From NCBI RefSeq assembly GCF_009914755.1, contig NC_060925.1: a DNA stretch of 64,000 nt. One strand, 5' to 3'. Position numbers and translations under genes: made by a program. The DNA is from the human T2T-CHM13v2.0 reference genome, Homo sapiens. The notes below the pieces were generated by a model. The model worked only from the letters and a program-made list of their open reading frames with translations, did not search any database and was not told the DNA's origin. How positions within the stretch are numbered: position 1 is the first letter of the stretch; every line of letters starts with the position of its first letter. Positions 42,698 to 59,149 of the stretch are shown piece after piece.

Positions 42698-43642
42698 ATG
42701 ATATGTGCTGGTAAGTGCTTAACAACCAGCTCTCTGTGAGCAATCATGCATTTATACAAATATAATTTTTTTTCTTTTTTTTTTCAAAGGCACAGTAGAT
42801 ACCAGATGCTCAGAGCAGAGCAGCCATGGAGCTGCTGGGACCAAACCTTGCCTGACCTAGCCACCACCACACCCCAGACATATAAATTTAAATTTTACTG
42901 ATATAAAGAATGCAAAACACAAAATTTACAAAGATCATAAAACATACAATGTTGTGTATTGTAAATTAGTCACCTGATTCTCACAGAAAACTTGTTAATT
43001 TCTGCTGTACTCCAAAGCCACTAATGGATGAAACTTACGATTAGTTCCAACATGAATACTGGTTGACATTTTTGTTTATGTTAAAGTCAAAGCTGAAAGT
43101 GATACAATGGAGACTTCAGAACTTCACTTGTCAGTTATGTGAGTGATTTCTTTGCTAAATGTTTAGTAACTTTGGGATGGTGGAAGAAGATTCATTTTTT
43201 GGTGCTATTTACAATGTAATGAATCTGCATTATTAATATTTTCTCTTAAGTCTAAACAGTCAACAAAACAGTAAGTGCAGCCCCAACTCATAGTATTTGC
43301 CAATTCTGGCGGTATAAATTCTTCCACTGTGGCCAGTTTCGAGCTACCAATAAGATGTCACTGAACATGTAGGCAGGAAGAGATGCATAGTAGCAAACCA
43401 TTATATATTATGTCCAAACAGATACAGCAGACATAACTAATCTCAAAAATACAGATAACAGTGAAACATAACAAATTAAGGAGTAATGACTTTTTAGTAT
43501 TTATGACCTTTGATTTTCCTATTATTAGTAAATTTATATAATTTTTAGTAATGACTATAATATACAACCAGCTCATAAAATTGGTGAAAATTTAACAGTT
43601 GGTTCTTGAGAGCTGGTATATGCTAACTCCAAAACACCACTG
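42698..43642 (-). mobile_element. MER63-family hAT-Blackjack element
   Basis: Ends gtgctggtaagtgcttaacaaccagctctc and gagagctggtatatgctaactccaaaacaccactg resemble MER63 termini. Confidence 0.7.
42766..42879 (-). pseudogene. Unidentified short retrocopy (95 nt plus poly-A)
   Basis: 58% GC insert, T8CT10 tract, short flanking duplication ATATAA, inside AT-rich MER63. Confidence 0.6.
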
Positions 43643-43680
43643 GGTTGGAAGAAAACCAAATACGTCATAGAAAACAAATA

Positions 43681-43856
43681 CAGATGCTCCTAAACTTAAT
43701 GATGGGTTATGTCTAGATAAGCCCACATTTCAACTTAAGATGGTTTTATCTGGATGCAATTCCATCATTAGTTGAGGAGCATACTAAATACGCATCAGTT
43801 TCGCACCATCATAAAGTCAAAAAATTGTCAAGCCATCGTAGGTCAGAAATCATTTA
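43681..43856. mobile_element. MER47/Tigger5-like MITE
   Basis: ta|cagatgctcctaaacttaatgatgggttatgtctagataagccc terminus. Confidence 0.7.
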
Positions 43857-45169
43857 TAATTATATAATTCTAATGAATTCTGGTTATTAGATCTAAGAAA
43901 CACATGACTGGGAAGGACCTAGTATCCTTTGACACACAATTAAAATGGAAAACAGTCAACTGATACCTGAATATCTTTAGTGATGATAAATAATTCCCAC
44001 CAGCTGGGTCTCCAACTCCCAGATCCTTATAAAATTCTCTAAATGAACTATACCCCAGAGATGGCACTTTTAGGTTTGATCATAATAGTGCTGTTCGATG
44101 TTTGCATTTGGAATTTTCAGACTGGTAGTTCTGTGTTCAGTGAGAGCTCAGCATTTCAGACCCTGCCCTCTTTTTCATTCTATTTCAGTTGTGTAGGTTT
44201 CTTTCCCAGGAGACTGCAAACTCCTTTGAAGGCAAGATCAGTGCTGGATTATCCAAAAGGCATTCTAAGCTTGTGCTTGGGGAACCAGAGAAGCAAAAGC
44301 ACCAAAACACGTTTCTGAAAAGCATTTAATATTTTCAAGCATGCGTCAACATAGTCTGCATGAGAAACATCAAAGCTCCATGGCATTTTCTTACACTTAT
44401 GTTGTAGTTTATTTCAATACTGTTTTCATTTGAATTGTACTTGAGATGGGAGTTGGAGTGGAGAATCATAATCATTTTGTAAATAAAATGTTTTAATCCA
44501 GCTTTAGTTATCCATTTTTGTAACTCCTCAAGTTTTCTAGCAATACTTTGGTTTTGAACATAGCCAGCATTTATTCTATATTTATCAAATACATATAAAA
44601 CTAAAATATCAGCTATGAATACTATGCAAAGTCTGAGAATACAATCAGACTTCCATTTTAGAAGCTAGGAGAAATTCTTTAACACACTTCTTCAATGTGT
44701 GAAACTGTCAAAAATTTCAGTGTCAATGACTCTCTAATATACAATTTAAGACTTCAAAAATAATAACAAAATATGCTTTGAAGTAAGATATTTATGTCTA
44801 GAATACTAAACTCCAGTATCAGAATGCCAGACTAAATCCTCAGCTACTACGAATTCCTTTACTATTAGGAACATCACAGAATTCACATTTTCCTAATGTT
44901 ACTGAATACATGAGGTCATGCTTTTCCTATCAACTCCGCATAGGAAGATAAAGGAGGGGCTAACAGAATGAACAGAAAGGATGGAGACTAAGAAATAAAA
45001 GCAAAATGATAGTTGACCCTTGGATAGAACTAACAGCAATTCAATAAGAAATACCAGAAAAATTCCAGTAGTATTTAAAATAGCTGCGTAGAAAAAATGA
45101 AGAGGTGTATTATAATGCTATCATTACTTATGTTTCCAAAGGCTTTTCAAGGTCCTTGTTAGCTTTCTT

Positions 45170-46460
<1,291 letters not shown>

Positions 46461-46834
46461 ATTAGATCATTGAAAATACTGCATCTTCTCATTAGATCAA
46501 TATCAACCTCCTGGTGAACAAACAGTTAGGAATTGTTCTATTAATACATACTAGGCGGTTAACATTCTAAGAATTTGCCTCACATTCATTCAATAGTTCC
46601 TAAGTACCGACTATGTGCTATTCATGGAGTGGGCTGACAAATAAAAAAAAATGAATGAGACATACACATGAAAACCACAAGTACATTTTGTTCTACTAGC
46701 CACTTATATAAAGAGGGCCACAAAGTAAAGGGTGGTCAAAGTTGCCTGCAGGAATAAGAAAACGATGAGATAAATATTCACTGCCTCGAATACCAAGCCA
46801 AATATTAGACCAAAAAATGAAATAGATAAAAGTC

Positions 46835-47169
<335 letters not shown>

Positions 47170-48182
47170 TCACCACTCTGTTTAAAGTTACCTATCATCG
47201 GGTGCTGCTCCTTACTTAATTGTAAAAGAACGCTATCAAACGGAACACATTTCAAAACTTAAACTGAGAAACTGCTGCATTGTAAATAAGATACATAAGA
47301 AATACCAAATAGGCACCAAGAAACTTGACTTCTACTCTTGGTCTGCATGAATGTTCTGAGAGACCTTGAAGAAATCACCTAACCCTCTCTGGGCCTTTGT
47401 TTTCAACTCAATGAAATGGAAATAAGAATAGTATCTCCCCTATCCACCCAACAAGGCTCCTGAAAAAGCAAGGGAATTAATAGCTGTGAAAGTGCTCTGA
47501 AGAAGAAAACAAAATCACTTTACACATATAAATAATATCTGCAGCTAGGATTACAAAATGTTTCTTGAATGAGTCTTCACAAAGCAGAAAGACAATATCT
47601 CTTTTATTATGTTTGCTTATTTCTGCTGAAGATAAAGCCATGTTCCTTACAAGGTTAAAAGCTAGAAGAATACAATGAAAACCATTTCTCAGATAGACTT
47701 AAAAATCCAACTTTTTGGGATTCACTCATTAACCCACTCATATATATATAATATATATATATATGAGCATCAACCATACGTAAAACATTTTCATAAAACT
47801 CTATGTGAGGTATTATAAAATATTCAACAATATGTGAAATCATCTATGCTTCAAATGAGTAGACTCAGAGAAATACTGATATGCACAGATACCTAGATGG
47901 GAAGGCAGATATATCCATATACAAACACACATATTAAGAAACATTTTAATATTAATAGTCATTTCACATATGATTTATGAATTTATAAATATGAATGAAT
48001 GTATAAACATGAATAAAAATACTGTAGCTCATTGAACAAAGCAGCAAGAGCCATAGAGTTCTTCAATTCATAGCTGTAGCTACAAAAACAGAAATTAAAA
48101 GTGTGTACAATTATTTTTTGCCATCAACTCTTTCAGCTATGCATAGAAAAGATTATTTTCAAATGACAAAAAAGCAGTTAGA

Positions 48183-48624
<442 letters not shown>

Positions 48625-48907
48625 TCAAGTAACAGAGCAATTAAGAAATTTTCACTCATAATATGGATAATGAAACTCTCAAAATCCTTATTTGGTAAAT
48701 CTGCATAAAATTTCCAAGTTAGGAAAGAGTTGAGAAAAATTTTTAAATGTTCTATATTATGCAGTTAAAAATAAGTCAGGATCTCAGTGGGAAGATGTCT
48801 ACACCAAATACATTGCTTCTTGGAGTTAGTTATATTTGAATTAATTTCCATATCTCAATTTTTAACCACATTCATCAGTAATTCACTAAGCGTTATTTGA
48901 GGCTTAC

Positions 48908-49122
48908 CGTTTATTTGGATCCTTTATCAAGAGCCCTGAAAGCAATGATTTTGCATCTGAAGAGAGTGTTCGAGGAAATTTAATGTCTTCCATTAATATT
49001 AATTCAAAAAGTTTCTCATGGTCCTGGTTGTAGAAAGGTAACCTCCCACACATCATTTCATACATGACAACCCCTAGGCCCCACCAGTCTACTGCTCGGC
49101 CATAGTCATTATCTTCTAACAC
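48908..49122 (-). CDS. AKT3: AKT3 coding exon, aa 317-388 (kinase C-lobe)
   Basis: [71 protein letters not shown](R). Acceptor TTTTAG|GTG, donor CG|GTAAGC. 215 nt. Confidence 0.99.
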
Positions 49123-52100
49123 CTAAAAGTGAAATCAGTAAAAAGATTAATTATTACATGTTAACTTTTAAAGCATTATTCATAAAACATAAGATTTTTA
49201 CATAAAAATGAATCTTAACTTTCAAAGCCTAGGTAGTCTGAGATCTTGACATTTAAACTGTGAAGCATCCTACAAAAAATACAAATCACATCAAATATGT
49301 GAAATATTCAATATATATCCACAAATGGCCAGTGTACAAAAAAAGGGGCAGGTCGTACAAAAAAAAAAAAATCCCAAGTACATGAATATACATAAGGATC
49401 AAATGAAAAACGTTAGCTAGCATATTTACATATTTTTTCTTAGGCCTACTGACTTTTTCATTCTGGTTCCACCCATGTGGACTTCAAGTAACAACTCAGA
49501 GCTAGGGTGTGCTGATTATAGAGCACATAACGTGCACTGTACATTCTTGCCTTAAGAAGAACTAAGTAATACAAATTAAACAGTGAAAGACAGTAGTAAA
49601 CAAAGGCAATGTAATGGAGAAGTCTACAGGGCAAGACAACCATTAAAATAACTTTGAAAAACCTTTGGATGCCCCTGTATGTTTCAACTCTTTCTGGAAC
49701 TATTTAAGAGACAAAGTGAATATAAAAGCTTATGGTACGAGCTGTAATAAACTTTGATAGCCACAGCTTTATACCTCACAACAAAAATTCCTGTTACAGC
49801 AAAAAAAATGGACTTAATATCTGTGTGGTATATGTCCTTAAATTTTTCCCAAAATATATTACACGTAAAATAAATTTAGTTAGAAATGATACAAAAGTAT
49901 CCGTTTGCCTATGCTGGAGCAACCTGTTCAAATGGTAACATGGTAACCTACCATTTGCCCCAGGAAAAATTTGGTTTTATCTTTTTATCAGATTTGTTCT
50001 TCATCCAATGGAATATTCCTCATCTATATGCAACTTTGAATATTTTATTTTAAAACTATATTTGATAATCTTAAAGCTTATTTTATTTGATCCTCTCAGC
50101 TTTGGAAAACCAGATGGGGAAAACCAAATATATGAATTTATCAATTTAAAAACACTTACAACCGATTACAAAGGAGAACATTTGATAAGGACAAAGCAGT
50201 ACTTGTGTTCCAAACTTTCTTGCTTCGAATTAAATATTTTCTGGAAGATTACTCCTACATGACTTTTATTTAAAATTTACCAATAATCTCACAGAATTAC
50301 AGGTGATATTTTTGACAGTTACATTATGATTACCTAAAAATACTATGAAAGGCACTTTGGTAGGGTATTTAAAGACAAAGGATATAATTTATAAGAAAAA
50401 ATATGTTACTTAAAAGATCTATTCAATAAGCATTTCTATTATGAAAAGATTTTTAATTCAATTATATCTATGTTTGTTTTACGGCTAAAAAACTGAAAAC
50501 TTCACTGGTAAGATATGAACACATGTTTAGATCCTATGCTTTTCTAGAAATGTTTTGTGAATCACAAACTAACAAAAAAACATTTTCTGGAAGAACAACA
50601 AATTCTAGTTTTCATCATCAGCGCAAAGAATGTCATATTTTTACTTGTTTGAAATGAGTAATTTGAGAACAAATAGAAAACAAAAAATAACCTAAAAAAG
50701 CAGAAGAAATTCTACTTCATATTTACGTTAAAGGAAATGCTGCATGTATTATTTTAAAATACCACTGACTTTTGATGATTCAAGGATCTCGCTCATGGCC
50801 AATTAGTACAATGCACTGTTGGTGGGCCTTTATCTAATTGACACAAGATTTTAACTAATAACAACCAAAAATTTATATCTAAGTAACCTTTAACTACATT
50901 CCTACAACACCAACACAACAGTGGCATATACGAAAAGGAGCCAAATGTGGTTTTTAACCTCTTTTTTTTTTCATAAAACCATAAAAAGCATAAAAGCTGG
51001 ATTAACTGCCTCCCGAACCCACATTTCACCAGCCGGGTTCTCATCCCCAGCTGGCAAAACTGGCAATCCTTTATTTTTTTTAAATACCTGGTTTGCAGCC
51101 AGAAGGGAAAGTGAGTACATAAAAAAGGGGGGTTTTATTTTTGAAGAGAAGTAAGCAACTGAAAAATAAAACTGCATTGTAAAAAAATCTGTTTGATAAA
51201 ATAAAATACATTTTATTTAGCTTTGTAAAATGAATATCGATTCTTAAAATAAGTGATTTTGCCTCTGAACATACGTGCCTTAATTGATCTACAGATACAT
51301 AATGCTATAATTAGAACTGTTTGCCGTATTACTTTGTATTGAACAAAACTGATGTAACGTATTGTCTTCCTGACATGTAAACTTAAGCAATGCTGAGAAG
51401 AAAACACCCTAACAACTAAAATCCCTCTTTACCTAAGAGACTTCACTATCAATTAGAAAGATTTTTGTCCAAATCCTATCTCCAAACAGCTATAAGATGA
51501 AACATACATAAATAATGATTACAGTATCCTACATGTGGATACATATGTTCCCACTATTAAAACAATATCCTTTCTCTTTCCTGAATCTAAATTATTTCAA
51601 AACACAATACTTTCAAATACTCTGGAAATCCCACAGCCAAATTAACCAATTCGAATCCAATAACCTCTTTCACATTATTTTAAGAAGACAATTTTTCTCC
51701 CTCTACTCAAAGCACTTATTATTCTATAAATACATAACATATAAAATTTACATTTTTTTAACTTAAGGATTGCAAATTCTTTCTGGCTACCTCTGATCAT
51801 TTTTTTCTAGCTAAAAGGCTAATTTATTTCATGGTTATTGTGAGGGCTGGCTGAAAGGTATGATAAACAGTGGTATAATGGACAGGTACAACAATGGTAG
51901 AGCATATTTCAACTTCATTAAAAGGTTAATTTCTCATATAATTTGGATATAAATGCAGATCAAAATATGCTCCTGAAAAAATCCAGTGAAAGATTTATCT
52001 TGAAGAAATAACTTCTGTCTCCTTTCCATAAAACCAACATTACTGACTTGTAAATGAAACCCAAACTTTAAATAGGAAAGCAGACATTTGGTATTTCCTC

Positions 52101-55100
52101 TACCCCTACAGTCCTTTGTAACCACAGATGTAGTTGTACATTATACCTACCTTTAACACAAATGCCCAAACAGAGATGAAAGAGGAGATTTGGAACATCA
52201 AAAAAATGTAATTGTTAAAAAATGATGAGAGGTCACATCAAATGAAAACTTAAACAGAGCACAAAGTCTAGAAAACAAGGCTGTATTTCTAATAGGAGCC
52301 AGAAACTGCTTTACTTTATGATACGATAAAACCTAAGACTCAAGGAGGTTACAGCAGATACAAATTAACATTAAATATCCTGGAAATATTTGATCAATAT
52401 TTGATGAAGACACTTACATTTATAAAACAGCCAGGTGAGTTAAAACACATTAGTTTTTGAATTGTTATTAATTTCAAAGAATGATATTGAATGAGAAACT
52501 ATATATTTTTAAATGATACTACCAATTCAAGTTACTAATGTAAATATTTATTTGGCTAATGGGCTTTTTCAAAACAAAAAAAAAACTATTCATTACAATA
52601 TTTGTTTACCAGGAGGATTTACTAGGAGGTTAAAGGGACCCCTCTCTCAGCTTGCCCACCAGGCCACACAATGCACCCAAGGCAAGCAATTATAAGGAGG
52701 CTATGTATGCCCTGGAGTGGCTTACTGCTCAATCAATAATCCTGACAGAACAGATGGGGGAAAAAATTAAACATCTAAACAAACTGTCTGCACACCTATG
52801 CTGTGAAAGTAAACTGCGAACTTGGATGAACCAATTTACCACTAATTCAAAAAAAAAGTTTTTTCTGGTAGCCTTACATTTCAGGTAACTGATAGATGTG
52901 TGTTTTATACCTAAACATACATCTGTATCATTTATCATTTATGGGAGCCCTTCAGATATTCTTAACATCACAGGTATGGGCTAAGAAAAAAAGACCTATA
53001 AATCTTCTCATTCAGATTTTAAAGTAAACTGCAGCTTCAGGAAAAGTATCCATTTCAATACATAAGATTATAAATTCTACAGTTGCTTGGTATTTTCTTC
53101 ATAAATATATATTTTATAACTATTTCTCAACTGCTTTAATAGTTCTTAAGTGACAGCAACTGTCAATGCCATTTGCTATGAATTAGAATGCTGTACGCTT
53201 TATGGCCACCTCTCCTAGCACACACAAATACTTGTATACAGTTAACATCGTACTTTCAAAAGCAAACTCTGGCTAGCACAGGAAAAATCCTTTGACAAGA
53301 GAAAGGCTAAATGGATACAATAATGATGATTAGATCATACTTACACATATCTTCCAAGAAATTTCTATACTTCTTTTTTATTCTGAAGCAATAGACATTA
53401 TGGGATTCCAAGAAACTGAGCCTTCATAACCCAAGTAACAATAGCCATTGTAAAATACTATAGGTAATCACCAGTGTTTCCAGTTAGGGTTAGTTTTGTA
53501 TATGTTCTCATGGTACAGAGAATTTAAAATTAAACTTCATGCTTAAACTAGAATCACACCGAAGTACTGAATGCAAATATTCTGTTAAAGCCAAAAGACC
53601 ATATAACATTGAAAAGAAGTTAGGGCGAAAAATAGCTACTTTAAGAACTGACAGACCTCTAAGTAAGTAAAAGATGCCACTTATAAACATTGAGAGGCGT
53701 TAATTCCATTTTAGTTCATATTTAAACAATGTCCAATTATGAGATAAAATGGAATGGCTTTTAATATTACCCAGAAAATCATATAAAATAGCAACATACT
53801 ATAGAAAGAAATTAAATATATTCAACTAAATAGTAAGCCAACTCATATGAGAGTTAGAAGTTCTTAAACATGAATTCTAACTATAGAGCAGACAGCTTCT
53901 ATCTGAACTCATCCCTCTACTCCTTTAATGTTCCCTTTAATCATGGTGATGAGACCTTTTCTGAATTCCCAGGAAGATGAAGGTTTTCAAAATTACCCCA
54001 GGTGGAGAGATATCATATGAATTATCAATAAGTAAATAAAATGTTAGGGTTGTCCACAATTTTAGAAAGGCTACTAAAACAACTCTTTCTTTTCACAAAA
54101 AGCATAGAGATTCTAAGACTAGTTTTACAATCTGCTGGAATATAGTAGGACTTTGTGCAAAGACTAATCAGAATGTAACTACATGTGCTACTATTTTTAC
54201 CTACAGATTAAATGTGCAAACATATGTAACTTTAGCCTCATTCATTTCTCTTCAGATCTCCTAAAAACAACATTGGCAGCACCCACAAAATGACATATTT
54301 TACATTTATTCTTTGTTGGATTTAAAATAAAGAAAATTCTGTTTAATACATTTCAAGCAAGTTAGCTTCTAACTATTTCCCACACCTACAACACTAGTCC
54401 ATGCCCTGGCACTGCCTTTACTACCTTTTGTGGAAGTTAATATATATCTTTGATTTTTAATTTATATAGAAATTAATCTCCATGTGTACTATGAGCTAAC
54501 ACAATGACTTTGAGCAAATCTTTGTATCAAAATAGTTGTCAAAATATTCTCATCTATTTCAGCTATTTTAAAAATGTTACATTATATGCAAGATATTAAA
54601 GATAGTAGGTTTCAAAGAAAAAATCAGGAAAATTTTGGCAAGCAAAACATTTTCTAAGAATGGGGTTCTAAAAAACTAAAAAGAATGCATCAAATACTGC
54701 ACTTCAGCCACTGGAAAAACAAATCATTTTACATTTAGATGAAATAAAATTAGATGCATTTTTTTCTCAATAGCAACCACAGCTAGATATATTTCCCAAC
54801 AATCAAGTCATTTTTTGCAATCTTTGTTAGTTCTAACTTGATTATCAAATAATTTTTATTTTTACACTATTACAGAAGTGCATTTCTCTAGGTTTCCAAA
54901 ACCACCTTATTCAACCTTCCCCATCTGTCACCATCTGCCTCTTTTTAGCATGTACTTTTTGTGTGATCACATAAGCATGTGAAAAATAACTAACATTCAG
55001 ATGATTATCTGCTGGTACATTTGAGGACTGGGCATAATAAAAGTGAACTGCCAAAACGCACTTAACACTTTTAATTTTGTTGGGTCTTGCATGTAAGCTA

Positions 55101-58012
55101 CATTTGATTTTCAAACTGTTTTACAGTTGGAAAGTGGATCAGGTACTGCTAACTCAAGAGCAAAGCTGAGACTCTAAATAATTAGCACTGCATAAAATGG
55201 TTTGGATTCAATAGGAGCCAAATCAAATAATAAAATTTAGCAGTAAGAGTTTATATGTGATTTCTAATTTCTTTTATAATTTCTAGGTGTGAAAATACAG
55301 CACAGATTATAAAAACAAAATCCCCTCAAGATATCATATGGTCCATAATTTACTATAAGTTTATTTCCTTCGAATGTACAAAAGAGCAAAAGTACATTCA
55401 TTTAAAACTATACATACAAATGCAGTTTTCAAGATGTAGCACACTAAATGCACAGTGCATATGCCAGCTAGAACTGAACCGCTGTAACCTGTTAAAAACA
55501 CAAAACAAAACAAAGCTAGCCTTTTCTACATTAGCAGTATTGTTAAATGCTTCCCAAGTTGGAAAACTGCATTGTAAGCTGCATTCTTCATCAAAAGAGA
55601 TAAGAGAACAAATACCTTAAAAATATTCTTTTTTCAACAAATGGCATATTTATACTGTAAGTTTTATGTTTTTCTAATTTGCCATAAGAAACAAATTAAG
55701 TTCACTTAAAACTCAAGTTTATTTTAAAACCTGCCATGTATCTGACATTGGACATTTAATAAACTGGCTTTAAACTGATTTCTAACACTCTTTGTGAAGT
55801 ATCTTCAAAATACCCTTCACCTGTCTTTATACCAGATTAAAACAACGTAAAAGGCGAAGGAACACTATTGCTAGATGAAGTATAGGTTGCAGCAAGATTC
55901 CTACATAATGTGTAAACAAATCTTCTGTAAAGACAGAGGGGAAAATGTTGACAGTGAGTCATTCACAAGAGAAGCAGTAGTCAAGAATGTATTACAGATC
56001 TGATACACAACTACTACTTCTAGTACTGTCACGAAAAGCCCAGCATTAATAATGGTAATGTACTAGAAATTTCAAGGTCCAAAAAAAGTGAGAGACACCA
56101 TCTGAGGTAAAAGGAAGAGGCTGGCTTCAGCTCCTGCCAATCGCTCCCTAACACTGACCATGTAAATCTGATCACAGTATCGCCTTGCTCTCAATTCACA
56201 AGTAATTTTCCCTAGCCCACAGGATCAAATCTAAAACTGTTACATTTCAATCCCTATCTATGTGTCCAGCCTCCTCTCTTCCTGCTTCCCCTTTTCCACT
56301 GCCGGACCCTCCCTGCAGGCTTAAGCACTTTTCCTTTTCCTTCCACTCCACTGTATGGAACTAGTAAAGCAGTTATTTTCTTGCACAGTAATAACTGTTT
56401 TCCATGTCTTATCACCTCAGTGAACAGCAAGCCACTTGAGGGCAAAAACATCTTCTACCATCGTTGTATTCCCAGTACCTAATGTAATGCCTGATACTTA
56501 ATATTCAATAAATAATTCTTTGATGAATGAATGAGTGTCCCTCAGTAAAATGGTCCACGCTGAAGACCAGAATAAAGGAATTAAATTCTTATTTTTTTAA
56601 GGGTAAACACAGTCAAAGTTTAAAAATGCAATATGTGACACAACATTTAAAATATAAAAGTTACAATTTCGTAAGTTGTTTCAAGATTTCTCATACTCAA
56701 ATAATAACAACAATAATCACTCTTCCCTATAAAAACATGGTGTCCAGATTTGAATTATGAATCAATGTGTATCCACCAAGGATGGGTATACAAACTGTTT
56801 TTAAAGACCAGACTTTTGAAGTATTAAAAAAGGTATACAGAAATGTTTTCTTGTCTTTAAAGAGAAACTGATAATTTTGTGGCAACTATAAACTTTCCAT
56901 TCAGAAACAAGTGGACTCTTCTTGCATTAGATTCTTAATTTGTTCTTCAGTTGATGACACTGCATATGAAATAATATATTTGTTTCTCAGATCATCTGCT
57001 TCTTAAATGAGATGTATTCATCTTCTTCAGAAATAATTTACCCTAATTGTGACACAATTAATTTTGTTATTCTAAATATGGCATATCTTCTTCCATAGCA
57101 AATTTATAGCAGGGGTAACTGAACTCCAGAGAAACAAATAATTTTTTGTGACATTTATAAAAACAATTCTATTCTAGAAAATATTTTATTTGAATAAACA
57201 AGAAACAGTGTTACTAAAGTTTTACCTAATTAAACCACAAAAATAGAGAATTCTAAACTACAAATTTTTAAAGAGAGAAAATTATATTTTTGGCAAGAAA
57301 ATAATAGTATGAAATTTATTGTATTTTAAATAGTAGCACTTATTTACAATAACTTAACATTGTTGAAATGTAAATGTAATCCCTAGTTGAAAAGAAGTAT
57401 TAGAATAATAGACCAGCATGAGTTACTTTATGTTTAAGGAATGCTAGTATCATTGGGGATTTATTTTACTTCCTAATTTCTTTTGATTACCTTTTCCTGT
57501 TGGGCATTTACAAAGCATTCATTTAAAAATTACGATTATTTATATTTGTAAGTGGTCTTCAAATTAGGATTTTTTGAGGCCAGGACGTATGTAGTTTAAA
57601 AAGTAAAAGTGGGCTTTATAGTCAGACACACTAATTAGAATCTTCATTACACTTCTACCACCTCTTAGCTGTGTACAGATAACATTTAAATATTCTGATC
57701 TTATGATCCCTCACCTTTAAAAAATTGCATTTGCTATCTATCATCAAAGATTATTCCAAATGTTAAATGAAATAATAGCTGTAATGCACTTACACAGCAG
57801 GTGGCACATAGTAGATGCTCATTAAATAGTTACCCTCACACATCAAATATTAACACCTCCCTATTTGCCTATAGCCACAATAACTGTATTGGAGTTTGAG
57901 GGGAAATGGAGCACCAGCTGCTCTCTTTGGAAAGCTCTTCCCTTTTACCTTTGCAACAGGTACCATCACTTTCCATCAACCATCACTTTCGCTGAACATA
58001 GTATCTGTGAAA

Positions 58013-59149
58013 GATGTTATTTTTCAAAGATGGCTGTGGCAGTATCTCCCATCTCACATGCTCTTCTGTAATGTAAAGGTGTGGTCTCTGTCTCTACCAC
58101 TTTAACCTGTGCAGGCTTACAACTGCTTCAGGGAGTAAGGGTATGACAGAAATGATGTTGTGTGACTTCTGAAAATAGGCCATAAAAGGAGATGCATAAA
58201 CAAATGTTCATAGCAGCAGCATTATTCATAGTAGCCAAAAAATGGATGCAACCCAATGTACATCAGCTGCTGAACAAATAAACAAAATGTGGTATATCCA
58301 TATAATGGAATATTATCCAGCCATAAAAAGGAATGAAATAAGTATAACATGCTAAAACAGGGAGGAACACTGAATTTTATGCTAAGTGAAAGAAGCCAGT
58401 CACAGAAGACTCCATACTGTATGATTCCATTTGTATGAACTGTCTACAATAGGTAAATCTATAAAGACAAAAAGCAGATCAGTGGTTGCCTGTGGCGGAA
58501 GGAAGAATGAGGAGCTAACGGGTATGGGGTTTCTTGCTGGAGTGATGAAAATATTCTGGAATTGGACAGCGATGATAGTTGTACAACTCTGTGAACATAT
58601 TAAAAATCACCAAAGTGTGTATTTTAAAAGAGTAAGTTTTATGGCATATGAATTGTACTCCAATTATAAAAATATCTGTGAAATCAAGTTTTTAAAAAGT
58701 TAATAGTCTTGATGGTTTACTAGGTGGAAACAAAGGCACCATGCAGCTTCTAATGTGTTCCCTAGGACATTTGCTTTTAGGGCTCAGAGCCAAAGAAGTC
58801 TGACTGCATTGAAACTGTCATTATGAGGAAGTCCAGACTCATGGAGAGAAGGGCTACATATAAGTGTTCCTGCCAACAGCCCAAATAAGGTACCAGTGGA
58901 CAGGCAGCAGAACTGTCGGACATGTGAGTGAAGATGCTTCCTGATGACTCTAGTCTCCAGCCATAGAATCATGCTCTCACTGTAAAGTCTTTCAAGCTGA
59001 GACCTCATACATAGTGGAGAATAAACTAGCTATCCTTGCTGTGCCCATTTGCATTCCTGATTCAGAAAATCCATTATTTTATATAAAATGGTTGTTTTCC
59101 ACTGCTAAGTATTAGGGTGGTTTGTTACACAGCATTAGTAACTGGAACA
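58013..59149 (+). mobile_element. MLT1 LTR with nested L1M 3' end (about 58195-58700)
   Basis: caaagatggctg start and ggtttgttacacagcattagtaactggaaca end; internal aaaatgtggtatatccatataatggaatattat is an L1 signature. Confidence 0.7.
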
